Of a stretch of DNA of 64,000 nucleotides, positions 63,534 through 64,000 are shown piece after piece. How positions within the stretch are numbered: position 1 is the stretch's first letter; every line of letters starts with the position of its first letter. The translations under genes and the position numbers were made by a program. The notes under the pieces are model-generated. The model saw only the letters and a list, made by a program, of their open reading frames with translations, had not been told where the DNA came from and ran no database searches. The DNA lies in assembly GCA_038087875.1 (NCBI GenBank), contig CM075996.1:9364001-9428000 (forward strand), written 5' to 3'. Origin of the DNA: Malacoraja senta. Its lineage: Eukaryota.

Positions 63534-64000
63534 AGGTGCCTCACCCGCTGAGTTTCTCCAGCATTTTTGTCTACCTTCGATTTCTCCAGCGTTTGCAGTT
63601 CTTTCTTAAACCCCCTGGTCTTGGAAGGTACAGTCAGGCACAGCAACAAGTGAGCCACAGCACGTGGAATGGAGTTGGGGATAGAGAGGTGTGGGCATAA
63701 TCTAAACCCTGCACACTGCACTACCAATAATTCGCTTCATTGTCCAGAAGATTATAGCAAACATTGCAGAAGTAGAAAAGACGGATCTCTTTCTGGAATT
63801 AAACACCGAGGTTTATCTCGGGAGTGCAGCCATCTTGCTCTGCAGTAAGGAAAGAGCTGGAGACACTCAGTGGGCCGGGCAGCATCCGTGGAGGGAAATG
63901 GTCCGTTGATGTCCTGGGTTGAGACCCTTCATCTAGACGGCTTCATCTTTCGAGATACAGCGTGGAAACAGGTCCTTCGGCCCACCGGGTCCGCGCCGGT

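Overview
Eukaryotic, repeat-dense vertebrate genomic DNA. The SINE/LINE content (HE1-like V-SINE, CR1/HER1-like LINEs, Penelope) suggests a cartilaginous fish, probably a skate or ray; this is inference. Two spliced genes lie on the minus strand. The first is the last three coding exons of KDELR3 (3989-13014). The second is the last ten coding exons of SGSM3 (27382-62102; SH3 and RUN domains). All exons have canonical AG/GT splice sites and consistent phases. I could not find KDELR3 exons 1-2; they probably lie in the 200-N assembly gap (15903-16102). The rest is mostly nested, decayed mobile DNA: CR1, Rex1/Babar-like, L1/Tx1 and Penelope retroelements, two SINE families, an internally deleted Tc1, Harbinger-, hAT- and Tigger-type MITEs, a Helitron-like element and a collapsed LTR element. 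The most interesting signal is an abundant family of short Penelope-derived, often palindromic elements. They carry a minimal hammerhead-ribozyme-like core, and several copies are flanked by 11-18 bp target-site duplications. A second signal is an apparent DNA-transposon insertion hotspot inside the SINE. I found no prokaryotic-type system such as CRISPR. Repeat boundaries are read by eye and approximate unless TSDs are quoted.
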